From: Auanema rhodensis
Lineage: Eukaryota; Animalia; Nematoda
Direction of reading: 5' to 3'
DNA: 64,000 bases
Assembly: GCA_964057225.1 (NCBI GenBank)
Contig: OZ059899.1
Location: 15,004,001 to 15,068,000, forward strand
Part shown: positions 1-12,400 of the stretch, one piece after another
How the letters are laid out: the number at the start of each line of letters is the position of its first letter
How positions within the stretch are numbered: position 1 is the stretch's first letter
Notes under the pieces: model-generated
Told to the model about the DNA's origin: nothing
The model's input: the letters and a program-made list of their open reading frames with translations, nothing else
The model's database searches: none
Made by a program: the position numbers and the translations under genes

Positions 1-911
1 TCTCTCTCACTTTCTCTCTCTTTCTTGTCTGTTTTTTTCTGTGTTTGGTGATGATGATGGCTTGTCTTTCAATCTTCTATGAATCATTATGAATCTTCAC
101 TTCATTCATTTCAATCCGATATATCAGCACTACTTTAAAGAGAAAAAAAAAAGATTTTTCTCTCAAAATAAATTAGTTCACTCTGAAAATTTATTTCGTC
201 TTTGCCTCACACGAATACTCTCACATGGCTATTCACATAGCTTTGTTCTCAGAAAATAAAATAAGAAAAAAGTTTCCCAAAAGTTCTTTCTCATCTTCAA
301 CCACCCTCTCAGTTTTTTTTTAATTTGCTTACCATCTTTTTGACAAACAATGTGCAACTACATGAAGAAAAGACTTCTTCGTCCGGTTGCTCGTTGTCAC
401 CATCGTTGTCATCGCTTTCTTCTTCTCGCATTCCTTCAATTCTTCTAATTGACAAAGCTTTAAGGCTTTAACAACTCAATCTTCCAACAACCAGTAAGAT
501 GTGTGTTTGACCTAATGTCATATGGTATTTCCTCTAAATCAGACTCGAAAGACTCGAGAGAAATGGAATATTCCATCTGATGACGTCTGTATATACGAGG
601 CAAGATGACGAATGCAAGAGAAACAACATCGCAGGCCACGTGCCTATCTTCGAATGTCGTCAGTAATTCAATGAACTATCTCATCATCGGCTGCTAGCCT
701 GTTTCCAAGCTTTCACTAAGCTGCATCAGACATGGAACAACAAACTTTTGCAAATAGCCAAATCCGGTGCATAATATCACAATGTATCTTATAGGCTACA
801 AACACTAAAGTATTTCTTTTCAAGACAATATGTTACTTAGGAAAATTTTTGGAAAATGAAGAGCATATAGATCTCAAACGTTTACATAATGATCTCAAAC
901 AAGTTTTATAG

Positions 912-1701
912 GTTTCTATGGGAGCCTTAGCTGAGAAAACTCTCACCTTAATTCGTGCTGATATTTCTCTAACACTCCAGGTAATTGGTCCATCAACCAC
1001 AGATCTAAAAGCTTTATCTTCTTTTAGTCCTTTGGAATATCTGCTGAAGAGGCCGACAAGATCGTTGTGAGTGGAGTTCCAGAAGCTAGTAATGGCTTGA
1101 CAGCTCCCGTGTGTGATCTCGTGAGCTTATTCAGTGAATTACGCGATATGGGTTTGAAGTTGGCACTCTGCACTGCTGACAGCAGGTAAGCATGCATATA
1201 GTTTAGAAGATCACAGTATAGAACTGGAAATAGACAATTATCGAAATAACAAATTGAATTACAGACGTGCAACTGAAGAACAGATGCGCATTCTTGGAAT
1301 TTCAACAATGCTGGATGATGTTGTTTGTGGAAATGATGCTGGAATCGTTCCAAAGCCTTCTCCTCACTGTGCTATGCAGATTTGCAAACGTATTGGTGTT
1401 CAACTTAACGTAAGTTTATCCGATTATGAATGCTAATAAACCAGAATCAAATTGCAGGAAGCTGTCATCGTTGGAGATACCATCGCAGATCTGAAGATGG
1501 GACGTGTTGCAGGGCTTCGAGCTAGCATTGCTGTACTCAGTGGAGTGGGAAATCGTGAAACGCTGTCAGAATTCTCTGACTACTTCGTAAGTTTATATTT
1601 CAAACATCAAGCTTAAGCTGTAATGTATTTAGATTGAGGACGTTGGTGAACTACCATCATTGATCAGTGACAAAATGAATGAAGATACCAAAAGAGGATA
1701 A
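912..1701 (+). CDS. HAD-superfamily hydrolase (phosphoglycolate phosphatase-like), 3' exons only; 5' end not resolved, probably upstream of the window
   Basis: Five GT-AG exons starting at 912, 1028, 1265, 1458 and 1633 translate to ...LKLALCTADSR...VCGNDAGIVPKPSP...IVGDTIADLKMGRVAG...VLSGVG...; these are HAD motifs II (T), III (KP) and IV (GDxxxD). Stop TAA at 1699-1701. Confidence 0.85.
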
Positions 1702-2385
1702 AAAGCTACAACTCACCGTTTCTCAGCATTCTTCATCACCTTGCATTTTAACAAAACCATATATTCACCCCTTTGATATTAAGAACAACATAGAATTTAG
1801 TTTTAATTTATGAAATTTGGCACACGATTCACTTCGTACCACAAATTTTTCAAATTTCTTTTAAAATATCTAATAGAGTTCAAAATATATATATATATAT
1901 ATTTATATTTAATGATTTTATAAAACAGGTAGATCTAATGCAAATTACGAAACATGAAGCAGCTTTTCGAAGTTTTCATATATTTAAAACAAAACATTTT
2001 ATAAAATTTGATATACGAAATAGATCTATCTATCTATATAACGTTTTTAAGTTTTTATTATTAAAAACTTAAACTTTCTTTTGTAGTCTCTGGATTTATA
2101 TGAGAAGTTTGAATCATTTCTTCTCACTCTGTCTCTAATTTCTCTTTAATTATGTGATTTTATGCTTTTAATTGCGACTTGAGCCAACGTATACCTTCTT
2201 TTCCCTTTTTTTTAGTATTGTTCTAATGTTTGCTAAACTTTTCTGATCTCATCAAATTACTTCAGCTATTGCTCGATTTCCCATTGTGTTTGATCTCTTC
2301 AGAATCACATTCTGTATACCATTCCAAACTAATTTTCTGGTCAAGCCTTCTAAATCAAAGCAATATACTTTATATTTTATAAATA

Positions 2386-2390
<5 letters not shown>

Positions 2391-2483
<93 letters not shown>
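2391..2483. repeat. (AT)n microsatellite, ~46 units with one interruption
   Basis: Directly visible; produces the spurious IYIYIY ORFs. Confidence 0.95.
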
Positions 2484-3072
2484 ATACTTTAAATGTTCCC
2501 ACTTTATAAGGAAACTCATTAAATATTTAAATAGAATTAATTTGAATTTCAACAAATGTAACAGCTTTCACGTATAAGAGTTTTTACCTGATATTCAATA
2601 TATTCAAAACATGCTTCATGAGCTGGGTGTTGCTTCGTGTTATTCCTTTGAATTTGGACTTAAAGGATTATAGCTCAAAGATGTACATATATCATTTCTG
2701 ATATACAAATTGATGCAAAAGGCAGTCTGCTCTTTGTGACTGAAAAAAGATGTAAGAACTAGAAATAGCTAGACACTACAAGCAGAAGAAGTTTTATAAA
2801 GAATCATGATCATGAAATACTGTTGAAGCAATGTATTCATAGAACATCTTCATCAAATCTTTGTCAAAGTACTTTAGAAGCATTGTGTTAAAGAATAGAA
2901 AACGCTTTATTAAACAGGTAAAAACACAAAGAAAAATGATTAAAGTGAATGTATATCAATCGAACGATTTTTTCTCTGGTAGCATGCATGCGGTAATAAT
3001 GTTGGATGGTAATATTGAAAAAATTGAGATTCTAGCTGGATGATTCTGAAGAAACGATAAAGATACAAATAT

Positions 3073-5204
3073 TTATAAACTATTTTTACCTTCCACATCA
3101 GGTACCAAGGACATATCCATGATATATTCTTTTGTAGTTCTTGCAAAATTGCTTACATTATTTTTAAACTCCACGGATTGAATGTAAGAAAATTTCTTCA
3201 GAAGTTTGGCTAATGTCATGATTAGCTTAGCTGAACTATTTGCAGCCTTGTGTGCTTTTGGCTTCATACAATATTCATACTTCTCTTGTGCAATAGTATA
3301 TGTTCTAGTTTCTACTACAGATACATAATAAAAGTGTATCTTATCTTGGAGTTTGCGTACAACTAATAAAAATTCCTCGATTTTGCCGTCAAGAATGTCA
3401 AGTTCCTCAATATTCCGTAGCTGTGACAAGCTGTTTATTTTCATTGCACATAACCTCTTCAAACAAACGGTTTGATTAATTGATTGTTCTAATGCAGCAT
3501 ACATATCGCTTTCATTCAATTTATCCATCAGAAATTGAATTTCTTTAAAGTCCCGAATATTCTGCTTAAGTAGTGTTAGATCTGATGTGAATTTGCAAAA
3601 TTCTTTAAAATACAACTGTTCCGCAAGTAAGGTGGCCCTATCAATCAGCTTTTCGTCCACAAAATCTCCATTCTGTTGTCTGTAGCCTTTTCGACATATG
3701 TTGTTCATAACTGTAGTTATTTGACTAAGTTTGCGAGTGTTGCTCAAGAATGGAACAGCAAAATTTGCATAGTCAACAGCGAGGTTAGAAAGTTTGATAG
3801 CGTGATCAGTAGAAATCTTGATGGCGGGATCATTATGTTTCTCTTCGAGTTCTTCGATTGTTTGCTTGGTAAGTACAGTTGCCGATTGAAAAAGAAGATT
3901 CATATTCTTTATGAAACTGCAAGAATCACAAATACGAACAAAATGTTTATGGACCAACGAAGTTTTTTCCATCAAAAGTTGTTCACAGTTTCGCAGCTGC
4001 GAACAGAGATGCTCCAAGACGTCAATAAATCCTTTAAAGCGTTCTAAAGCGTCAGACACGGTTGTATTTTTGTCGATCTTGTTGAACATGTAGAAGCGTA
4101 CTTGCTCTGTCATTAAATTTATTTGAAAACAGACGTCTAGTACGTCAGAGCCAAAGTAGTGAACAGATGCGTTATCATCCGAGACGATATCGTCGAATGC
4201 ATTACTTATGCTGCTAATCATGTCCATACTGTTTTGTAATGGTTGATATGCCGTATACATATACTTCATTATTTTATCCAGCATAGCTTTTATTTTCTCA
4301 ATCGGAAACTCAGAGTTCAAGCAGCAAATAGAATTAGTATTCATGGAACTAACGGCTATACTAAGCAAATGAAGTGCAACTTCTATATTTTTCGTTGCGC
4401 AATCCATATGATTTGGGTCATTGTGCAGACACCTGGTTCCAGAAATATCAGGAACCGATTGCTCCGCCTTCTCCATACAATCCCACTCGCAGTCTTCCAA
4501 GCTGATATCATGAAGAACACTGAAGGTAATCTTCTTTCCTCCTTTAGTATAATCCGTAGTGTACCATGCATTTTCGTCTTCATCATAGCGTAGATGAGGG
4601 TTGTCGCTTTGATCAATCCAATCAAGATATTTATTTTCTTCAGCAAATTTGAATTCTTCTTCTCCTTTTGTTAATAACAATCTTGTGTATTTGTGATGAT
4701 TTACAGATAGCCAAAAGTCATAATCCTTGAATCGATCTAACGGAACAAGTGCTCGATGATATTTCACTCCAGGTTTCCCATTGGATGGGTCAGCAGATGT
4801 AGTAGGTAAACTATCTTCGGATAGCGTTGTTGTGAAATTTCGTCCTTGCGAGTACACCAACGTACCAGAAATTCGAAGAGGCTATAGAAATGAAAATAAA
4901 TAAATAAAGATAAATATATATTATACAGAGCTTTCATATCTCTTCCTCTTCTTCCACTTTCTGAGACTACAGCTTAGGTTATTAAGTTGGATTTCAAGTT
5001 CGAAAAGCTAGACAAAAATCAAAACGTATGGTTTCAATAACCTTTTCAGAGTTTCATATCTTGAGTCGTCGAAAATCATGGAGATGGGATTCAGGAAAAC
5101 CATGTATATATATTTATTTATATATATTATACTATAGAACTTACTTCTGTTTCTGGTATATCAGTTACATGATAAGCGTACAAAGCTTTAGTGCCTGCCG
5201 GCAT
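3073..5204 (-). CDS. Lineage-specific ~649-aa protein: N-terminal PHYHIP-C-like domain plus long helical C-terminal region (gene B)
   Basis: TTTCAG upstream of ATG 5204. Exons 5204-5145 (MPAGTKALYAYHVTDIPETE, GTAAGT donor), 5007-4927 (less certain) and 4881-3073, in frame with the 595-aa ORF. Domain motifs KYHRALVPLDRFKDYDFWL, LLLTKG, NPHLRYD, WYTTDY and CEWD are shared with the neighbouring gene. Family call is from remembered motif resemblance. Confidence 0.75.
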
Positions 5205-6483
5205 TAGATATTCGAATATTTCTGAAATATAGAAAATTGGAATAAAAAATGAATACGTATTTTAAGAAATATATATAGATATGTAGAATAAGTTGTTATA
5301 TTAGTTAACGAATCAAGTTTTAAATCTACTACGATTGAAACTATTTCGTCTTATTGCGTATTGTAGCAAAAGTTTGTAAGAAATGAGTCAAAATTAGGAT
5401 AAATATAGAAATCGAAATGAAAACATATGAAATCAACTTATTCAATTTATATACATGAACATCTAATATAGACAAGTTCAATTGTATTTGATTTTAATGA
5501 AACTTTAGGATCTTGATATCAAACAATGCTCAGCATTTCTTGGTAAATGAGGTATTGAATGCCAGCAGTTTCATAATTGCTTGGCTGTTTGCTTCATTAC
5601 TTCACATGAGCTATCAATATTTTTATCAATTTCGTAATATTTTTGTGAAGACTATTGATATAGTTAGTAATTGCTATGAATATACGGAACTCAGATAAAT
5701 TGTTTGATAAATAAAGAATTTATACTTCTTTTAATAAGCTATTAGAAAATTATATTTGAAATATATAATAAGAATTTTCATTTTTTCATGTGAGTATCAC
5801 GTTTTTTGATATATTGATTTGAAATTTCATGAATAACAACAATGCAGCTCGAAAAGTTTGATTAAAGCCTTATTTAAACAAAAATGATGACAACGTTCTT
5901 ACTATCTTTAACGATGTAACAAAGTTTATTTGGATTTTGCTTTTATATTATATATTCAATTGCAAAACAATATAATAAAGATTTTAAGACATTACATGAA
6001 CAATGAAATCAAATTGCTTTGTATTTAGCAGCGAATTGTGCCAAAGTAACAGCATTGTTTGTGTACTTTTCGACGATCGCTATGATACTCCTTGTGTATC
6101 TTCACCGGAAATGAATTCTGAACAAGTATTCCGGTGTGTTATTACACGATTTGAAAATATCTTAAGAAGAAGGTACCTTCATACCATCAGAGGAAGCATA
6201 GTTGGTAGTTCAATTTTTCTCGTTCGGTATGAATTAGCCACTATTGTCTCCTGAGTTGGAACATTAGGTGCGTATTGTAAGTTCCTTCCCACAGCCATCT
6301 CTGTAAGAACTGGGAAGAATCGCGAAATTTCAAAATACAATGAAACAATAATTAATATTATTTATTTATATTTATAATTATATCTTTATAGTTTATACAA
6401 TTAATACAAAATGCTCTTACAACGATTTCGGGACAATCATTTGGTCTGAATTTCATAATTAAACCCAAAGGTGGAGGATGCAT

Positions 6484-7707
6484 TTACGAAGTTTCTTCAC
6501 ACTGCTTTACAACAGAATCCCATAGGCAATCATCATCTAATTTAACATTGTGAAATACGAAGAAATTGACGTGTATTCCATTAGTCGAAGAATCATTTGA
6601 ATACCAGGTATCTTCATTAGGATTATAGCGGAGATAAGGATTAATTATCCGATTTAGAGGTTGAATAACATCCAGCTTGGAAGCTTTTTCAAACTCAACC
6701 TCTCCTTTAGTAAGTAGCAACGTGATCCTATCGTCATATGTGGAAAGAAGCCAGAAGTCATAATCCTTGAATCGATGTAATGGAACCAGAACTCGATGGT
6801 ATTTTACTTCATCGGTGCTAGTTGTAACCGAATTCGAAGTAGAAGGTAGATCTCTTGCAGCCATTGACGTAGAGAATAAAATACATATATCTTCTTCTAA
6901 TTGAGTACAAAGTTCGGGTAACTCAGCTTTTTCTAATTGCAATTCTTCGTATTTCGGACAATCCTGAACAGTTTTCAACATGTAAGCATATTCAGTATGT
7001 ATTACCTGGGTTGTTGGTATATTCGTTACATGATAAGCATAACAAACGTTGTAATCTGCCAGTTTGCTGTCAATTTTCATGACTGAATCCCATATGCATT
7101 CTTCATCCAATTCAATATTATGAAGAATAGCCAAGTTTATGATTGTTCCATCTTTATAGAAATCATTGGAATACCATGTATCTTCCTTAAGATCATAACG
7201 AAGATAAGGATTTGCTTCCCTATTAAGTTTTTTCAAAGTAAGCTTTGAAGCTTTCTCTGCTTCTATATCTCCTTTCGTCAGAAGTAAATTCTTGATGAAG
7301 CCACCAGAACAAAGCCATAAGTTATAGTCTTGGAATCGATTCAAAGGGATGAGAATTCTATGATATTTAAATCCAATTTGACCAATTAGAGGATATAAAG
7401 AAGTAAGAGGTATTCGTCCTCCGTGTAATGAAATCGAAAAGAAGGTGCAGGATTCTCCATCTAATTGGGAATATCCTTTGAAGGAGTGTACTATTCGTCC
7501 TTCTAATTTGTTATATTTTGGACAAAGCTAAAAGATATTATTTGAGGAAACTGATTGTAAATCCATGCTACATCTGTGTTTTCAATTAAAACTAACAACA
7601 TTTCAAACTTTGAAGAATAAACTTACTTTTTCTGATTGTCCTAATTGATTTGATGCTGGTATATCAGTTACATAATACGCATATAAAACTTTAGTGTCTA
7701 CAGGCAT
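6484..7707 (-). CDS. Lineage-specific ~374-aa protein with two tandem PHYHIP-C-like domains (gene A)
   Basis: Exon 1 7707-7627 (MPVDTKVLYAYYVTDIPASNQLGQSEK, GTAAGT donor); exon 2 7527-6484 after a TTTTAG acceptor, in frame with the 286-aa ORF. Internal duplication: YAY[YH]VT[DN]IP...CPKY...FS...KYHR.L.PL.RF.DY..WL...LLLTKG...NPYLRY...WYSND...C.WDSV occurs twice. Confidence 0.8.
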
Positions 7708-9378
7708 TATAATTTAACTTTGAATAAGAAAATTCATTTGAATTAAATTAAAAAGATTTTAAAGTTATATGTTATGGAATTAAAATAATTTCTATTGACC
7801 AAAGTTATGACGTGAGTAACTGTGCACAAATCGGCAGAAAAGGCGTGGTCACGCCTGTCTCAGAGCAAATCTTCAAATGTTTATTGATGAATTGGTAATA
7901 GAGAATTGAAAAGGAATTACAAGATATATCTTTTCCTGAACAATAATCTTTTCATAATGCTTTAGTAGATTAATGGAAATTAATTTAAATTATTTAACAT
8001 ATTGACAGATTCTCCTACAACAACTATTTATATAATATTTCTATTAAATTATAAAATACAAATATATAATTTAATTATAAATACTGTAGTTTAATATATT
8101 TTTCTAAATGAATAATTAAAAATGATACTGTATTCATTGTTATTTGTGATGCATAGGCATTCGGTTGTTAATTTTTTAAATTTAATTGATTTTGATATGA
8201 TTTCAAATATTTTCAGAATATTCATGAAGCTGCAAATCAAATGTATTTGCCAAGAAAATCTTCTTCAACTTCAATTAAAGAATGATAATTGAATCAAAGT
8301 ATTCGTTAAGTTTGAATTTTTTTTATTTCATAAAAGTATTTCTGTTTCATTAATTATTCAAGCTTCTAACGTTCATTTTTGGAAACTAGAAGTTACTATA
8401 GAAGAGCTTCAACACCTTGCTTTGATCCTATTAACTCTCATAATCACTTGCTATTTCGTAATTTCTTTTTTTATTTCTTTTATTTGTTTGTATATATACT
8501 TTTTCATTTTTAATTTGAAAAATATAAAAAAATTATAAAAATATATTCATATTTGATAAGTTTTGTGTTATTTCTCATATCTAATATATAAAGACAATTC
8601 AATTAATAATGAATATAAAATATATAATGACATCAAAGAAACACAAAACTTATCTATGAAGAAGAAAAAAACAATTTCTATTTAACATTGAATTGAGAGA
8701 AGCTATGTTGTTAATCATATCATTAAGTTGAAAAAAATGCTCAAATATGTTCTAAATCATCTAAGCCGAGGTTTATAAGACTTTCACTTTACTACATTTC
8801 AAAAGAACTTAAGCTTACATTGCAAAGTAAGCAAAGGCAAGTTGTGAGATGTAGCATATGTTGGTATAGCATGAGCATGATGTTGCTAATGATTATGATA
8901 AACTGTCTAAGAATTGTCTTCTTCTAGCTCTCATTAAGCAGAAAATAGTCGTCATTATAGTTATGTATATGAACGACATTTGCTCTTGATCTATAGCATA
9001 TATAAGGTTTGTTGTCTTTTTTTTCTTTTCTTTTTCAAGTTTTAAAGTTTTTTTTACAAGATTTTTCCAAGAAAAAAATCAAAGTTGCAGCTAATTGTAT
9101 TGAAAAACTGTATTTTTTTGTACGTAAATGTAGACAGAACGACGACAGAAATGTAAAATGAAGATATATAAAGAGTCTGGAGACATTGACGAAGAGAGAG
9201 GAAGAGAGAGGAAGAGAGTGACAATGGCAAATAGACAAGAAATAGAGGGACTGTGAAGCAGCAGATTTCTTGGATCTAGCTGTGGTAAAGTAGCTTAGGA
9301 GGGTGATTTGGGGAAGGGGGCAGGGGGGATATAGTAGTAGTTGTAGTGTAGTTGTTGTATAGAGTAGATATAAGGAAA

Positions 9379-9461
9379 TCAATAGCCAGACAATTCTTGG
9401 AAAGTCTGATCGAGTTCCTCGGAGATGGTCTTGTACCTCTCCTTCTCGTGGACCAATTCGT
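9379..9461 (-). CDS. lev-11: Tropomyosin terminal exon 9c-type ([27 protein letters not shown])
   Basis: TTTTTAG acceptor, 83 nt, phase 1. Confidence 0.95.
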
Positions 9462-12400
9462 CTAAAAATAGTTGAAATTAGAAATAAAATTAATATTATT
9501 ATATTGATTTGATTAACTATATGTAATAGTTAAAGGAGGGATAGATAGAGAAGGGTATTTGCTTGTTTTTCAATGAGTTAGTAGTACGAAAAGGAATGAA
9601 TATCTGTACATATATTGAGGTAAAACTTGAAATTATTAAAGTTTTTTATGAAAAAAAAACAAATAGTATATAATAATGATAAAGTATATTATACATTTAT
9701 ATGTTATATATAACTATATATTCATATATAGTTATATATTTAGAAAAAATGACAGAAAAAGTGAAAATAAGGCTGACTGATGATGTAAAAACACAATGTA
9801 AGCAAGTCAATAATCATCCTGAAATTCCTATTTACTAGGAAAAACAGAGAAGATACAGAAGTAGAAGATGAAGGAATTATCGAAGTTACATCAAACCACG
9901 CAATACAATAATCAGAGTGTTTAGTTAGCTGGAAAGTAGTAGGAGAAACTCGGCACACCGGGGGTGGGGGGAGGGAGGAAAGGTTGTATGGATGATGCTT
10001 GAACAGTTCTTCGTATGAAGCATATCCGTAGTAGCATCTAGCAGTAGACTTCATCTTAACAGCTTTATCATTGAAAATAAAACTTTTAAGATGATTGGAT
10101 TACCGTTAGATGAGATATGAGTCATAGATGAAGAATGTTAAAGAAATATAAAGAGTATCATAACATTGCATTGGCTCTTGCTCCAAGAATTTTTTTGTCA
10201 AAATTTTCCAATTTGCTTGGAAAAAAAAAGATAAATAGGGATTCTGAAGCAGGAGAAGTAGGAAAAACCAGATTAGAAACATTAAATTCACATCATAATT
10301 CGATTAAATAAAACAATTCAAATCAATTAGAGCATTTCAGCTGACTGAATAAAGATTGAAGGTGATGATGATGATGAAAATCTGACGATAGCCAATATTC
10401 TGAAGATTTAGACGACGTTCAATTCGCAAATGAGATGATCCAATTCTTCTTGCAGCTTCTTGCTTTCACGAACAGATGTATCTTTCTCATCTGAAACTCA
10501 CATTCAAACACACGGCAAACATAAGTTTCAAGTTTTTAAAATGCTTTTGCAGTGAAATGCATAAAGATTAGTAAGGGTTGATATGATTAAAAGCTTTAAC
10601 TATGCTATTAGATCGTGCAATTAGAAAATTTATAATTTCGTTTAATGAGAGAAACAATGAAAATTCTATGATTTTCATTGTTATATCTCTAAATTAGTAT
10701 TTGGTTGAGTTTATAACACACAAACACACACAGAATGATCATCTGATTGAACATCATTTGAATCAACTTAACTCATGATGCTTCTAACTTGTAACATCTA
10801 AGCTTTACTACAAGTTCAAGTTATCATCTCATTACATCTCTTCAAAACAGTAAAGATGTGTGAATGAGCAAGATTCAGATGGGTTAGAATCAGAAGACAG
10901 GTAAAGAAGAGAGAAGACACACACACATAACTACGAGGACAAAACCGTTATCTTACATTTATGATCCTTGAATCTCCTGGACGGTTTGCTCAATCTCTTC
11001 CGTAAGATTACGGACACGTTCCTTCTCCAACAACAGCTCGTCTGTACAACACATGGACAATAGACATACACAGACATTTTGATATTTTATTTTCGATTTC
11101 TCTCATCAGGAATGATGTCGTGGTCGTGGTCGTCACCGTTATTACTATGGCATACTTCTGATTCTGATGATATTTTGTCCGAAGGTCTACGGTTGACGTC
11201 TTCCTCTTACACAGACAGATCAGAATACTTTCTAATCAGACGATCGAACAATGACAACGACAATGACATTCAGAATTTTGACGACGACAATCACAACTAA
11301 CACATAACATCAAATGATTTTATTATTCGGTTTTTCTACTTGTACGGCATTTTTACAAAATTATGAAAAATCCGATGTTACACCTCTTCTCAGCTTTGAT
11401 CACATTCCAAGTTTTTGTGGTTCATTTAACGTTTCTCTCAATTAAACTTTGGTTCTCTTTTAATGTTCCAAATTCAAATTTTTATCGAAAGTGTTTGAAA
11501 TCCAGATGCTGTTGCTGGCTTTTTCTTTTTCGCATTCCTCCCACACAGTTAGCAGTCGACAATGAGATGCTTTTCCACGAAATAATTCTCTTCTTCTCCT
11601 TCTCTCTCTCTCTCTCACTCTCTTCTCTTTTTCACGTTTCTCGCTATTGTTTTAGAGAGAGAGAAAGAGATAGAGAGAAAGAGAATGAAAAAGTATAAGA
11701 GATTAAGCTGATGTTTAGTCAGAAGCAACAGCAAGCAAAGCGAATGGAAGTCATCGTTGACTTTAAACTGTGAAAAGCTTCGCAGGGGTGTGTGTGTGGT
11801 ACACACAAAACAAGGCCTGAGAGAGGAAAGTGTAGGAGGATTTGCTCTTACCTCTCACTCTCTCCTGTTATCTTTCCCTCTCTCTCCTTTTCTCTCTCAT
11901 TCTATCAAAATAATGCACAATCTCGAGATAGGTGAGCAATGCTTAGCTGAGATCAGTGAAAAATCGTATCAGAGAAGAAAAACCGAATAATATATGACAG
12001 CAGCTGGTATAATATAAAGCAGCAGCTGCTTTTAAAATTTCTTTAATCGTAATCTTTAACGCATTTTAAGAAAATGTTTGGGTGATGAGCATAAGCTGTG
12101 ATAAGCATTGTTTGTATATAGTTGAATGACGTACCTTCGAGTCTGTCGACTTCCTTTTGGAGCTTCTGGACGGAACGCTCAGCGAATTCAGCACGAGTCT
12201 CAGCCTGGAACAAACATACTGTTAGTCTGATGGCATGTTGGATCAAGAGATTGGAGGTGAATGTGTACAATCGAATGACAACATGTCACAGAAACAAAAT
12301 GCTGAAAGTCAGATGACGTAATGCTCATCTGACTACGAAAGACAACAACGGACGAATTTAGACGACGATGCAAGATTTCTCTTTTCGACACAAGCACAAC

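Noticed and set aside
2286-2555. ORFs with IYIYIY runs
   Set aside because: Translation of the (AT)n microsatellite.
6003-6310. Minus-strand TTACAG followed closely by ATG and MAVGRNLQYAPNVPTQ..., a possible degenerate third paralogue between genes A and B
   Set aside because: Only faint similarity to MPAGTKALYAYHVT; stops after 39 codons and none of the domain motifs follow.
10158-10243. Possible fourth tropomyosin exon 9 ([28 protein letters not shown])
   Set aside because: Has a CTTCAG acceptor and similar length, but no heptad pattern, a poly-T run and a proline; more likely 3' UTR or intron.
11042-11231. Open frame upstream of exon 9a from a GATTAG acceptor
   Set aside because: Not coiled-coil-like, runs through a (GAC/ACC)n repeat and is out of frame with exon 9a.
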